Below are positions 1 to 10,872 of a stretch of DNA of 64,000 nt, piece after piece; position 1 is the stretch's first letter, and every line of letters starts with the position of its first letter. A program made the translations under genes and the position numbers. Below the pieces are notes generated by a model. The model worked only from the letters and a program-made list of their open reading frames with translations. It was not told the origin of the DNA and searched no databases. This DNA is from Tepidisphaera sp. (lineage in GTDB: Bacteria > Planctomycetota > Phycisphaerae > Phycisphaerales > UBA1924). Where the stretch lies: the NCBI GenBank assembly GCA_050916045.1, contig CP051526.1:3200001-3264000 (forward strand). The letters run 5' to 3'.

Positions 1-421
1 CTCGCGGGGCTTGGACGCGCCAGGCCATGACGGCTGGGGAGCCCCCCCACCAAGAGAGCGGCAGGCCGGCGTGCTCGGGATTGTGCACGGGCTCGAGGTC
101 TGGGGTGTCGGCCGACCACCAGGGGCGTTCACGGTCATCGCGGAGCTCATAGAGCGTAATGACGTCGACGCCGGCTTGGGGTGTCTCTTGGGCGAGGATG
201 TTGTAATGCTGGCGCGTCCGGGCGGCCCAGCGGCTCACAAGCTCGGGGGGGTCGCTTCGGAACGGGTGCCACAAAGCCCCGGCGACGCCCGAGACGGAGG
301 CGAGGCCCGGCTTGTCGGTAAAGACCTGAACGTGGTAGCCGGCCCGCTGGAGGAGGATGGCCGACGTCAGCCCAATGGCTCCGCCGCCGACGACCGACAC
401 ACTTAAACCGTTTCCATTCAA
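1..421 (-). CDS. FAD-dependent oxidoreductase, D-amino-acid oxidase-like; runs off the window edge, not in the ORF track
   Basis: Manual translation from TTG at 421: MNGNGLSVSVVGGGAIGLTSAILLQRAGYHVQVF...SVSGVAGALWHP. Rossmann GxGxxG plus DAO-like SxxAGAxW motif; frame open to the window edge. Confidence 0.75.
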   Translation of the reverse strand, partial: MNGNGLSVSVVGGGAIGLTSAILLQRAGYHVQVFTDKPGLASVSGVAGALWHPFRSDPPELVSRWAARTRQHYNILAQETPQAGVDVITLYELRDDRERPWWSADTPDLEPVHNPEHAGLPLSWWGGSPAVMAWRVQAPR

Positions 422-497
422 CGCTTCATGCCTTCCTGGTGGCCCGGTTCTGCGAACCGGGTGTTTTCGACCCGTTTCCCGCCCGTACACTCTAGCG

Positions 498-1808
498 ATG
501 CCCCCGCCGCCTCCACCGCCGCCGCCCCCTCCCGCTCCGCATGAACTGAGCTGGCGCGAGCGGCTCGACATCGTCGATTCGCTGATGCGGGACGTGAGCC
601 GGCAGGAGGATGCGCACAAGCTGGTGCAGTTGTATAGCAAGGGTGTGCGCAAGCTTTCCACGATCGACACGCTCATCGCTGTCTCACGGCGCGACCTTGA
701 GCGGCCGTGGTACCGGATCACGCGGTTTTCCGGGTGGCCCGAGGACCACAACCCTTGGACGAGCCGCGACAAGCTGCCCCGGTTTGACCACGGGTTTTTC
801 GGGGATCTGCTTTATGCGGACAAGCCGGCGGTGCTGGAGAGCTTCTCGATCCCGCCGTCGGATCCGGCGGCGCCGTACCTCGAGGGCATGAAGTGTCTTT
901 TCGCGATGCCGCAGTACGAGAACGGCACGGCACTCAACATGTCGATCCTCGCGTGGCGCGACCCCGGGGCTTTCAGGCACAACGAACTCGCCAACACCCT
1001 CTGGCAGTCCAACTTGTTTGGCCGCACGACGGCCAATCTGGTTCTTCGGGCGGAATTGACGAAAGCCTATCGGGCGCTGGACCGCGAACTGGCCATCGTG
1101 GGGCAGATTCAGCATTCGCTGTTGCCGCAGGAACTGCCGAAGATCCCGGGGCTTGAGCTGGCGGCGCTGTACGAGCCCAGTGCGCATGCGGGCGGGGATT
1201 CGTACGACGTGTTCACGCTGCCCGACGGCCGGTACGGGCTTCTGATCGCCGATGCGTCTGGGCACGGGACGCCCGCGGCGGTGATCATGGCGGTGATGCA
1301 TGCTCTGGCCCGGGCGTATTCGGGCCCGCCGGATCATCCGTGCCAGTTTCTGGACCATCTGAACGAGCGGCTTTTGGCGTCGTACACGTCGATCAACGGG
1401 TCGTTTGTGACGGCGTTCTACGGGGTGTACGACCCGCGTGAGCGGACGCTGAAGTACGCGTGCGCGGGTCATCCACCGCCCCGTCTGGTGACGAAGCGGG
1501 GGATGGTGGTGCTCGACGCGGTGGGCGGGCTGCCGCTTGGCATCATGCCGACGCAGGAGTGTTCGGAAGCGACGGTGACGCTCGAACCCGGTGACCTCTT
1601 GGCGATGTACACGGACGGGATCACGGAAGCTCAGAACCCGGACAACGACCTGTTCGACGTGCCGCGTCTGGACGCGATCCTGCGGGAGCACAGCGGGTCG
1701 CTTCACACGCTGGCGGAGACGATCTCGGCCCGGGTGTGCTCGTTTACGGGGATGGGTGAGCTCCCCCCCTCCGACGACCGCACGCTGCTGCTTGCCCGAG
1801 CGACCTGA
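498..1808 (+). CDS. PP2C-family Ser/Thr phosphatase (SpoIIE/RsbU-like) with GAF-like N-terminal region
   Basis: Motifs GGDSYD, IADASGHG, AGHPPP, YTDGITEA, SDDRTLL; start placed at ATG 498 before a poly-Pro tract. Confidence 0.9.
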   Translation: MPPPPPPPPPPPAPHELSWRERLDIVDSLMRDVSRQEDAHKLVQLYSKGVRKLSTIDTLIAVSRRDLERPWYRITRFSGWPEDHNPWTSRDKLPRFDHGFFGDLLYADKPAVLESFSIPPSDPAAPYLEGMKCLFAMPQYENGTALNMSILAWRDPGAFRHNELANTLWQSNLFGRTTANLVLRAELTKAYRALDRELAIVGQIQHSLLPQELPKIPGLELAALYEPSAHAGGDSYDVFTLPDGRYGLLIADASGHGTPAAVIMAVMHALARAYSGPPDHPCQFLDHLNERLLASYTSINGSFVTAFYGVYDPRERTLKYACAGHPPPRLVTKRGMVVLDAVGGLPLGIMPTQECSEATVTLEPGDLLAMYTDGITEAQNPDNDLFDVPRLDAILREHSGSLHTLAETISARVCSFTGMGELPPSDDRTLLLARAT

Positions 1809-1973
1809 GCCGGAGAGGCTTGCCCGGGCCAGGACCGGGTGGGTTCCCACAGCATCGCCGGAACGACGAAAAGACCTCTGCCACGGCCGGGAGAGTTTGG
1901 TATGCTGCCAACTCGTCCGAGTTTGTCCGTTTGGGCCATGTACGAGCCCGTTCCAAGCCATCACGAGGTCATC

Positions 1974-3296
1974 ATGAACACCCCCATCACGTCCGTCGAC
2001 CGCCGCGATTTCGTCAAGACCGCCGCGGTGCTCGCCGCTTCCGCCGCCGTCCCCGCTCTCGCGGTCTCGCGCACTGCGAACGTGCGCGGCAGCGACACGA
2101 TCAAGGTCGGCCTGATCGGCACCGGCGGGCGCGGCACGGGCGCGGCGAGCCAAGCACTTGCCGCTGACAAGGGCACCGTCCTGTGGGCGATGGGCGATGT
2201 GTTCAAGGACCGCTTGGAGAGCGCGAAAGCCGGATTGACCGAGGCTTTGGGTGACTCGGCCAAGACGAAGATCGACGTGTCTGCGGAGCGCCAGTTCACC
2301 GGGTTTGACAACTACAAGGGCGTCATCGACTCGGGCGTCGACATGGTGATTCTGACGAGCTATCCCAACTTCCGTCCCGCGCACATCCGGTACGCGCTCG
2401 ACAAGGGCAAGCACGTCTTCGCGGAAAAGCCGGTCGCGGTCGACGCGGCCGGGATCCGCGAGGTGCTCGCGTGCGGTGAAGATGCGAAGAAGAAGAACCT
2501 CGCCCTGATGATCGGGTTCTGCTGGCGTTACCACCCGGCGATGCGTGAAATCTTCGGCGAGATCCTGGGCGGCCGCATCGGCGAGGTGACCAGCGTCTAC
2601 ACCAACTACCTGACGGGCACCCTCCCGAAGAACCCGCGGAAGTCCGGCTGGTCCGACCTTGAGTTCCAGATGCGCAACTGGTGGCACTTCAACTGGATCT
2701 CCGGCGACCACATCGTCGAGCAGGCGATCCACTCCGTGGACCGCATGTCCTGGGCGATGGGCGACCGGTTGCCCCTCTCCGTCAACTGTCTCGGCGGGCG
2801 CCAGGCTCGCGAGGGCGAGGAAAGCGGCGATGTGTACGACCACTTCAGCGCGATCTATGAGTACGAGGGCGGCCTGAAGACCTACCACTCCGCTCGCCAG
2901 ATCAACAACTGCTACGGGGACAACTCCGACTACGTCTTTGGCACCAAGGGCCGCGCGAACGTCAACGGCTGGCAGCCGCAAAGCCTCAAGACCTACGACT
3001 ATGCGGGCAAGGAGACCTGGGGCTACAAGGGCAAGGGCGGCGACGACATGTATCAGGTCGAGCACAACGAGCTTTTCGCCAGCATCCGCGCCGGCAAGCC
3101 CATCAACGACTGCCCCCGGGCCGTCAACTCGTGCCTCCTGGGCATCATGGCCCGCATGTCCGCGTATTCCGGCAAGACCGTCACGTGGAAGCAGGCGATG
3201 GAGAGCGCCGAGAACCTCCAGCCCGGCGCGCTCTCGTGGGACATGAAGCTCCCTCCCGTCGTCGTCCCCATTCCCGGCAAGCACAAGCTCATCTGA
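1974..3296 (+). CDS. Tat-exported Gfo/Idh/MocA family oxidoreductase
   Basis: DRRDFVK Tat motif, GLIGTGGRG, HVFAEKP, EQAIHSVD. Confidence 0.9.
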   Translation: MNTPITSVDRRDFVKTAAVLAASAAVPALAVSRTANVRGSDTIKVGLIGTGGRGTGAASQALAADKGTVLWAMGDVFKDRLESAKAGLTEALGDSAKTKIDVSAERQFTGFDNYKGVIDSGVDMVILTSYPNFRPAHIRYALDKGKHVFAEKPVAVDAAGIREVLACGEDAKKKNLALMIGFCWRYHPAMREIFGEILGGRIGEVTSVYTNYLTGTLPKNPRKSGWSDLEFQMRNWWHFNWISGDHIVEQAIHSVDRMSWAMGDRLPLSVNCLGGRQAREGEESGDVYDHFSAIYEYEGGLKTYHSARQINNCYGDNSDYVFGTKGRANVNGWQPQSLKTYDYAGKETWGYKGKGGDDMYQVEHNELFASIRAGKPINDCPRAVNSCLLGIMARMSAYSGKTVTWKQAMESAENLQPGALSWDMKLPPVVVPIPGKHKLI

Positions 3297-3314
3297 TCAT
3301 CACCGAGGCCCACG

Positions 3315-4268
3315 ATGTCCATCTCACGTCGAGAGTTCAGCACGCTCGCCGCGGGCGCGATCGCGTCCACGGCTCTTGCTTCGCGGACGTCCGCGCAGCC
3401 CTCCTCCACCACCGCTCCTTCGCCCACTTCCCCGCCGGCCGCCGCTTCGCCAAAGCGAACCCTTCGCAAAGCCGTCATGCTCGGGATGATCGGCGTGGGC
3501 TCGACTTGGGAGGACAAGCTCAAAGCCGCGAAGGACGCCGGGTTTGACGGGATCGAAGCCGACAGCCCCGCTCCGCAGATCGACGAGCTCATCGCGGCTT
3601 CGGCCAAGATCGGCCTCCCGATCCACGGCATGGTCAACTCCGCCCACTGGTCCCTTCCGCTGAACGCCCCCGGCGATGAAGCCGGCAAGAAAGCAGGCGA
3701 AGCTCTCGAAACCTGCCTCCGCGACGCGAAGAAAGCGGGCGCATCGAGCATCCTGCTCGTTCCCGGCGTCGTCAGCGACCGGTTGCCCTACGACGAGTGC
3801 TGGACGCTCTCGATCGAACGGATCAAGCGTGCCGTCCCGCTCGCGAAGGACCTGGGCGTCACCATCGCGATCGAGAACGTCTGGAATCAGTTCCTGCTCA
3901 GCCCGCTCGAAGCCGCCCGCTACCTCGACGAGATCAACGACCCGATCGTTCAGTGGCACTTTGATATCGGCAACGTCATCAACTTCGGCTGGCCCGAGCA
4001 GTGGATCAAGATCCTGGGACCACGCATCGCCAAGCTCCACATCAAGGACTTCAGCCGCAAGAAGCGGAACGATGAAGGCTTGTGGAAGGGCTTCTCCGTC
4101 GAGCTTGGCGAGGGCGATGCCGGCTGGGAACGGGTGATGAAAGCTCTTGACGACTCCGGATATTCGACGGATCCCAAGGGCCGCTGGGCCACCGCGGAAG
4201 TCGCAGGGGGTGACTTCAAGCGTCTGACCACCATCAGTGAGCAGATGGACCGCCTCTTCGCGAAGTGA
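3315..4268 (+). CDS. Tat-exported sugar phosphate isomerase/epimerase (xylose-isomerase-like TIM barrel)
   Basis: SRREF Tat motif, AGFDGIE, IAIENVWN, FDIGN, LHIKD. Confidence 0.88.
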   Translation: MSISRREFSTLAAGAIASTALASRTSAQPSSTTAPSPTSPPAAASPKRTLRKAVMLGMIGVGSTWEDKLKAAKDAGFDGIEADSPAPQIDELIAASAKIGLPIHGMVNSAHWSLPLNAPGDEAGKKAGEALETCLRDAKKAGASSILLVPGVVSDRLPYDECWTLSIERIKRAVPLAKDLGVTIAIENVWNQFLLSPLEAARYLDEINDPIVQWHFDIGNVINFGWPEQWIKILGPRIAKLHIKDFSRKKRNDEGLWKGFSVELGEGDAGWERVMKALDDSGYSTDPKGRWATAEVAGGDFKRLTTISEQMDRLFAK

Positions 4269-4283
4269 CTCGCGTCGGAGGGG

Positions 4284-4715
4284 CTACGCCGGGTCCTGCC
4301 ACACGCCGGGATCGCTTTTGCGTTCCATCCAGGCGCCGGGGACGACCGGCACGTAGCCGATCTTCGCGTAGACGCCGTGGGCATCGCGCGTCGCCAAACA
4401 CCACCGGCGGAGCTTTTGAAGCTCAGGGATCGCGTCGAGCGCCGCGAGCATGCGCTTCGAAAGCCCGTGGCCGCGGTGGTTCTCATCCACGATGACATCG
4501 CAAAGCCACGCGAACGTCGCCCGGTCCGTCACCACGCGTGCGAACCCCACCTGCTGGCCGCTCGCGGTGTCGAAAGCCCCCACTACGACGCTATTGGCCA
4601 TGGCTTTCGCGACGATCTCGCGCTTTATCCTCGGGGACCAGTAGGTTGAAGCGAGCATGGCGTGGACGTCGTCGAGGCGCATGTCGTCGTGGCTGGTGCT
4701 GATCGTGTACGGCAT
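4284..4715 (-). CDS. GNAT family N-acetyltransferase
   Basis: FARVVTD, DVIVDENHRGHGL acetyl-CoA motif, LATRDAHGVY. Confidence 0.9.
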   Translation of the reverse strand: MPYTISTSHDDMRLDDVHAMLASTYWSPRIKREIVAKAMANSVVVGAFDTASGQQVGFARVVTDRATFAWLCDVIVDENHRGHGLSKRMLAALDAIPELQKLRRWCLATRDAHGVYAKIGYVPVVPGAWMERKSDPGVWQDPA

Positions 4716-4768
4716 CGGCGATTCTAGAGCCGGGTTTGCCGCGGCCCCCTTGCCAATAATCCCCCCAC

Positions 4769-5518
4769 ATGACTTCTTCTCACCGCGTGACGCTCGAAAT
4801 CGCCGTCGACAACCTCAATGACGCCATCGTTGCCGCGGAAGCCGGAGCGGATCGCCTCGAACTCGTCGCCGACCTCGACAAGCATGGCTTGACGCCGACG
4901 GTCGAGCTCGTCCGCGAAGTGAAAGCCGCGGTCTCCATCCCGGTGATGGCGATGGTCCGGGCCAATCCGGGCCCCTTCCTCGCGACGCCGAGGTCGGTCG
5001 CGTTCGCGATGCGGGATGCGGAGAACGTGCTCGAAGCCGGCGCCGACGGGATCGTCTTCGGGATGCTGACTCCAGAAGGGCACATCGACCGAGGCGCGGT
5101 TGCGATGCTTGTCGAGACCGCGCACGGGAAAGCCACGTGCTTCCATCGCGCTTTTGACCTCTGCACGGACCCCGAGGGGAGCCTCTTGGCGCTGATGGAC
5201 CGCGGCGTCACCCGCGTGCTCTCCGCCGGGTTTGACATCCGGGCGACGGCGGCGGCGTTGGGCTTTGACGAGGAGCCCGCTCCCGATGTCGTCTCGGGTG
5301 CTTCGCTCCCGATCAGGCTCCGCCGGTTGAAAGCGTTTGCCGAGCAGGCTCAGGGCCGGATCGAGATTCTGCCCTGCGGCGGCGTGCGATCGGGGAATGC
5401 GGGCGAGTTCCTGCGCGAGACGGGTCTGAAGCAGCTTCACAGCGCGTGCCGCACGCAGGGTGTCCAGCGTCTCAGCCGCGACGAGGCGGTCGAGCTTCGC
5501 GCCGCGATCGACGCCTGA
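4769..5518 (+). CDS. cutC: CutC family protein (copper homeostasis protein family)
   Basis: GADRLEL, GLTPT, GADGIVFG, FHRAFD, RVLSAG. Confidence 0.85.
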   Translation: MTSSHRVTLEIAVDNLNDAIVAAEAGADRLELVADLDKHGLTPTVELVREVKAAVSIPVMAMVRANPGPFLATPRSVAFAMRDAENVLEAGADGIVFGMLTPEGHIDRGAVAMLVETAHGKATCFHRAFDLCTDPEGSLLALMDRGVTRVLSAGFDIRATAAALGFDEEPAPDVVSGASLPIRLRRLKAFAEQAQGRIEILPCGGVRSGNAGEFLRETGLKQLHSACRTQGVQRLSRDEAVELRAAIDA

Positions 5519-5519
5519 G

Positions 5520-5852
5520 TCAGGGCGTCGGAGAGGGCGGAATCCGCGAAGCGACCCAGACCGCCAGGCCGGCCTGAATGGCGAGGCACGCTACCGCGAA
5601 GCACGCGACCACCAGCGCCACCTGCATCGTCGGCATTTTCGTTCGGAAAAGCCGCTTGAGCTGGGCGAGTGCTCCCAGGCCCGTGCCGAGCACGGTCGCG
5701 AAGAGCCACGCGATGAAGAAGACTCCGGCCATGGCGCGGCTTGCGGGCAGAAACACCACTCCGGCGGCGCACATCGCCGTCGGAAGCACCACGCCCCACG
5801 CGAGCGGCGACCACCACGAGGGCACCGGCTCAGGGTTGGGGTTCGGATCCAT
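5520..5852 (-). CDS. Small hypothetical membrane protein
   Basis: Three hydrophobic segments; fills the gap downstream of the MFS gene in the same orientation. Confidence 0.55.
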   Translation of the reverse strand: MDPNPNPEPVPSWWSPLAWGVVLPTAMCAAGVVFLPASRAMAGVFFIAWLFATVLGTGLGALAQLKRLFRTKMPTMQVALVVACFAVACLAIQAGLAVWVASRIPPSPTP

Positions 5853-5870
5853 GCTTGGCGAGCGTATGGC

Positions 5871-7274
<1,404 letters not shown>

Positions 7275-7382
7275 GGAGTGCCTTTCGATCCGCAGCCGAG
7301 CTGCTCGGGGCACAGTGTACAGAATCGCTGTCGGGCCGCGCGTGGGGTCAGTCCCTGCGAACCCACCGGGCCAGTCGGCTGT

Positions 7383-8171
7383 TTACTGCGTCGGGTTTCG
7401 CATCATCGGGAGCACGACGAGCACCATGATGTCGTAGGCCGCGTGCGTCCCCACGACGATCCCCAGGCCACGCATCAGGAACACCACCCCGAAGTACACC
7501 CCCGCCGCCGTGTAGAAGAAGACGTGCGAAAAGGGGGAGCCGCCCGTGTACGAGACGCCGTGATAGACCGTGAACGCCACCGCCGAGCCGATCACCGCCA
7601 GCGTGCTTGCGGCTGATTCCGGAAGCCGGAGGGCGTCGTGGAAGACCAGGTGAAGCACCGTGATCAGGAGCAGCCGGAAGAGCATTTCCTCGTAAAGCCC
7701 GGCTCCGATCGAGAGCACCACCTTGCTTTGCCAACCCTGAGGAATCCCGTCCACCGCCATCGCCGGCTGAGCCCCGCCGCCGATGCTCATCGACGTGATG
7801 AGACCCAGGACCAGGAGCGGGATCATCCAGAGGAGCGATTCGCACGCCATCCCGCCCAGGACGGCGGGTTTCGGCTTCCAAGGCTTGCGCGTGAAGATGT
7901 GCCACACGGCGAGCACCACGAGCAGAAGCACGCCGGGCAGGTACAAGCTGGAAGAGCCGAAGACCTCGAAGAGGCGAGAAAGCGTGCGGTGGGCGAGGAT
8001 CGTCTCGCGGAGCGTGCCGTCTCGCGAGGAGAGGAACAGGACCAGCCCGATCTCGTAGACCAGCACGAGCGGCAGGACGAAAAGCAGGCAGTGGAGCGGC
8101 CCGGAGCTGAGCTTGCCGTACGAATCGACGTCCGGACCAAGCCTGCGCGTGTTTCTCGTGTCCTTCGCCAT
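7383..8171 (-). CDS. CPBP (CAAX protease/Abi-like) intramembrane metalloprotease
   Basis: GLYEEMLFR, FTVYH and HAAYD motifs; multiple TM helices. Confidence 0.85.
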   Translation of the reverse strand: MAKDTRNTRRLGPDVDSYGKLSSGPLHCLLFVLPLVLVYEIGLVLFLSSRDGTLRETILAHRTLSRLFEVFGSSSLYLPGVLLLVVLAVWHIFTRKPWKPKPAVLGGMACESLLWMIPLLVLGLITSMSIGGGAQPAMAVDGIPQGWQSKVVLSIGAGLYEEMLFRLLLITVLHLVFHDALRLPESAASTLAVIGSAVAFTVYHGVSYTGGSPFSHVFFYTAAGVYFGVVFLMRGLGIVVGTHAAYDIMVLVVLPMMRNPTQ

Positions 8172-8223
8172 CGACGCCCCCACAGTACACACGCCCCGCA
8201 AGAGAGGGCCGGCTCGGCGCATG

Positions 8224-8250
8224 AAAAAACCCGGCCAGTGGAGGCCGGGT
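8224..8250 (-). terminator. Intrinsic terminator of rpsT
   Basis: ACCCGGCC-N6-GGCCGGGT stem followed by a T-run on the minus strand. Confidence 0.75.
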
Positions 8251-8274
8251 CTTCGTTCAGTTCGGGGAAGTCGC

Positions 8275-8583
8275 TTAGTTCTTCTTCATCGGCTTGGCCG
8301 AGGAGGAAGCCTTGGTCACGCCCTGCTTGACCTTGAGCTTGGCGACGAGGCGGCTCTTGCGGCGGGCGGCCTGGTTCTTGTGGATCGTGCCGCGCTGTGC
8401 GGTGCGGTCGATGACCTTCTGGCAGACGAGGTACGCGGCTTTGGCTTCATCCGGCGTGCCGTGGAGGATCTTCTCGGCGAAGTCCTTGAGCGAAGCCCGC
8501 ATCGCGCGAAGGCGCCAGCGGTTGAGCGCGCGGCGCTTGAGGTTCTGACGGATTCGCTTCTGAGCGGTGCGGGAGTGAGCCAT
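8275..8583 (-). CDS. rpsT: 30S ribosomal protein S20
   Basis: MAHSRTAQKRIRQNLKRRALN...GTIHKNQAARRKSRL. Confidence 0.96.
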   Translation of the reverse strand: MAHSRTAQKRIRQNLKRRALNRWRLRAMRASLKDFAEKILHGTPDEAKAAYLVCQKVIDRTAQRGTIHKNQAARRKSRLVAKLKVKQGVTKASSSAKPMKKN

Positions 8584-8780
8584 ATCGATCGTGTCCTCGA
8601 AGAACGTTGGTACAGGTCAGGAGCCCGGTCCGCGGCCGACGCCGACGGTCCACCCGGGAACCTCAATTCTTGCCGACTGCCCGGCGGAATCAAGACCCCC
8701 GCAAAGGTTCTACCCATCGGGCTTGCCGAACTCGACCTTGCGCGATACTGTACCGGTTCAGCGCGGGATCGCCCGTGTCT

Positions 8781-8854
8781 GTGGGCGTAGCTCAATTGGA
8801 TAGAGCACCTGACTACGGATCAGGAGGTTGAGGGTTCGACTCCTTCCGCCCACG
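8781..8854 (+). tRNA. tRNA-Arg (ACG), CCA not encoded
   Basis: Cloverleaf: acceptor GTGGGCG/CGCCCAC, D arm GCTCAATTGGATAGAGC, anticodon stem CCTGA/TCAGG with loop CTACGGA, T loop TTCGACT. Confidence 0.96.
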
Positions 8855-8893
8855 CTTTCAACCCTGTCGGCCACACCGACAAACCCAAACGAA

Positions 8894-8934
8894 GACCGAG
8901 CCCGGCGCGAAATCGCCGGGCTCGGTCGTTTTTT
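8894..8934 (+). terminator. Intrinsic terminator after tRNA-Arg
   Basis: 14-bp stem GACCGAGCCCGGCG/CGCCGGGCTCGGTC then GTTTTTT. Confidence 0.85.
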
Positions 8935-8973
8935 CCTTCCCAAAGTGAATCGCTGCAACTTGATCGAGCGAAG

Positions 8974-8992
8974 CAGATGTATAAAACATCTG
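8974..8992. promoter_or_regulatory. Putative TetR-family operator
   Basis: Perfect inverted repeat CAGATGT-N5-ACATCTG in an AT-rich patch 14 bp upstream of the TetR start codon. Confidence 0.65.
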
Positions 8993-9006
8993 TTTGAATC
9001 GATCGT

Positions 9007-9705
9007 ATGTCGCACCTCTCCTCCAACCCCTTGCCCGGCGACCCGCCTGTTCAGGCGGGTCGCGATCCACACGACATTCGTGAGCGGATCATGGAAGCCG
9101 CGGGCCAGGTGATCGCGGAGGTCGGATTTCGCAACGCGACGGTGCGGGACATCTGTGCCCGCGCGGGAGCGAACGTCGCCGCGGTCAATTACCACTTTCG
9201 CGACAAGCACGGGCTTTACGCCGAGGTCTTTGAGCGGGCGCGGTGCGACGCGGAAGCCGAGTGGCTGAGGGCGATCGAGCGCGGGGGACACCTGCCGGCG
9301 GATCGCAGGCTGGGGATGTTCATCGCGGGTTTCGTGCACAAGCTTCTGGACCCGGGCCGTCCGGGGTGGCACGCCAAGCTCATCGGTCGAGAGATGATCG
9401 AGCCCACCGGTGCGCTCGACGCGATCGTGGAGCGGTCGATCCGTCCGCAGTTCGAGCTTTTGTGTTCGATCGTGGCCGAGATGATGGACGCGGCCCCGGC
9501 GTCGCACCATGTGTACCTGTGCGCCGCAAGCGTGATCGGGCAGTGCCTGCACTACCACCACACGCGCGAGGTCACCAACCGCCTTTATCCGGGCTTTTTC
9601 GATCAACCGGGCGTCATCGATCTGATCACCGGGCACGTGACCGCGTTCACGCTTCACGCGATTCGCGGAATGGCCGCGGATCTCCGCAAAGGTGGTGCTT
9701 CGTGA
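9007..9705 (+). CDS. TetR/AcrR family regulator (CecR/YbiH-like)
   Basis: HTH ATVRDICARAGANVAAVNYHFRDKHGLY; first gene of the exporter operon. Confidence 0.92.
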   Translation: MSHLSSNPLPGDPPVQAGRDPHDIRERIMEAAGQVIAEVGFRNATVRDICARAGANVAAVNYHFRDKHGLYAEVFERARCDAEAEWLRAIERGGHLPADRRLGMFIAGFVHKLLDPGRPGWHAKLIGREMIEPTGALDAIVERSIRPQFELLCSIVAEMMDAAPASHHVYLCAASVIGQCLHYHHTREVTNRLYPGFFDQPGVIDLITGHVTAFTLHAIRGMAADLRKGGAS

Positions 9706-10853
9706 ATCTGATCGCGCTGCGCATGCTGATGGGTGACCGGGCGAAGTACTTCGGCATCCTGATCGGGCTCACGTTCGCGAGCCTGCTGATCACCCAGCAG
9801 GGAGCGATCTTCCTTGGCCTGACCGCGCGAACCTATCAGTTCGTGACCGACACGCCGCAGGGTGACCTCTGGGTCATGGACCCGGAGATGGAGCACCACT
9901 CCGACAGCAAGAAGATGCGGGAAGCGACGCTCGACCGCGTCCGGAGCGTCGACGGCGTCGAGTGGGCCGTGCCGATGTACCGCGCGTTTGCCACGCTTCG
10001 CCTGCCCAACGGTTCGCTCCGCACGTGCATTCTGGTCGGCGTGGACGACGCATCCCTGCTTGGCATCCCCGGCGAGTTCGTCGAGGGGTCGGCGGACTCG
10101 CTCCGCCGCGATGCGGGCATCGTCGTCGACGCCGCGACCGTCGGCAAGTCGCTTGGCATCAAGCAGCCCGGGGGCGGGAAGCGTCCCCTTGAGGTCGGCG
10201 ATGTGCTCGAGCTCAACGACACGCGGGCGGTGGTCGTGGGAACAGTGGCCCAGCGGCCGAGTTTCTTCTGGGAACCGACGATCTACACGACGTTCAGCCG
10301 TGCCAAGCAGTTCGCGCCGACCGAGCGGCGGCAGCTGACGTTCGTCATGGTCAAGGTGAAGGACGGGTTTGACCCCGCCACCGTGCAGCGCGGCATCGAG
10401 TCCGCCACGGGGACGATGGCGCTCACGCAGAGCCAGTTCGCCACCAAGTCGGCGATGTACATCCTGACGCAGACCGGGATCCTGATCAACTTCGCGATCG
10501 CGGTGGGCCTGGGCTTTCTTGTCGGCGCCGCCATCGCCGGACAGACCTTCTTCAACTTCGTCAACGACAACATGCGGTACTTCGCGGCTCTCAAAGCCAT
10601 CGGGGCTTCTGACGGCACGCTCGCCCGGATGGTCCTGCTCCAGTCGCTTGTCGCGGCGGGGATCGGGTTCGGTCTGGGCGCCGGCGCCGCGGGCCTCTTC
10701 GGTCAGAGCGTGGGCGACTCCCTCGCGTTCCACATGCCTTGGGGCTTGGTCGTCTTCAGCGGCGTGCTGGTCACCGGGATCGCCATCGGCGCCGCGGTCC
10801 TGAGCATCCGCAAACTCGCACGCCTCGAACCCGCCATTGTCTTCAAAGCGTAA
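9702..10853 (+). CDS. ABC exporter permease (FtsX/MacB/DevC-like), copy 1
   Basis: GTG start overlapping the TetR stop (GTGA); DRAKY...LITQQ, ALKAIGA, LEPAIVFK. Confidence 0.9.
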   Translation: MNLIALRMLMGDRAKYFGILIGLTFASLLITQQGAIFLGLTARTYQFVTDTPQGDLWVMDPEMEHHSDSKKMREATLDRVRSVDGVEWAVPMYRAFATLRLPNGSLRTCILVGVDDASLLGIPGEFVEGSADSLRRDAGIVVDAATVGKSLGIKQPGGGKRPLEVGDVLELNDTRAVVVGTVAQRPSFFWEPTIYTTFSRAKQFAPTERRQLTFVMVKVKDGFDPATVQRGIESATGTMALTQSQFATKSAMYILTQTGILINFAIAVGLGFLVGAAIAGQTFFNFVNDNMRYFAALKAIGASDGTLARMVLLQSLVAAGIGFGLGAGAAGLFGQSVGDSLAFHMPWGLVVFSGVLVTGIAIGAAVLSIRKLARLEPAIVFKA

Positions 10854-10872
10854 AGGACACCTCGAACCCGCC

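Noticed and set aside
11..406. Plus-strand 131-aa ORF
   Set aside because: Antisense to the DAO-like gene, which has a clear FAD-binding motif.
684..3284. Very long antisense ORFs (also 5460..7262, 17321..20017, 37047..39548, 47268..49046, 51634..53436, 57557..59119)
   Set aside because: Shadow frames of clearly identified genes on the opposite strand; expected in high-GC DNA and without recognisable motifs.
8781..8854. tRNA-Arg as an integration site for the exporter operon
   Set aside because: No duplicated tRNA 3' end and no integrase seen in the window.
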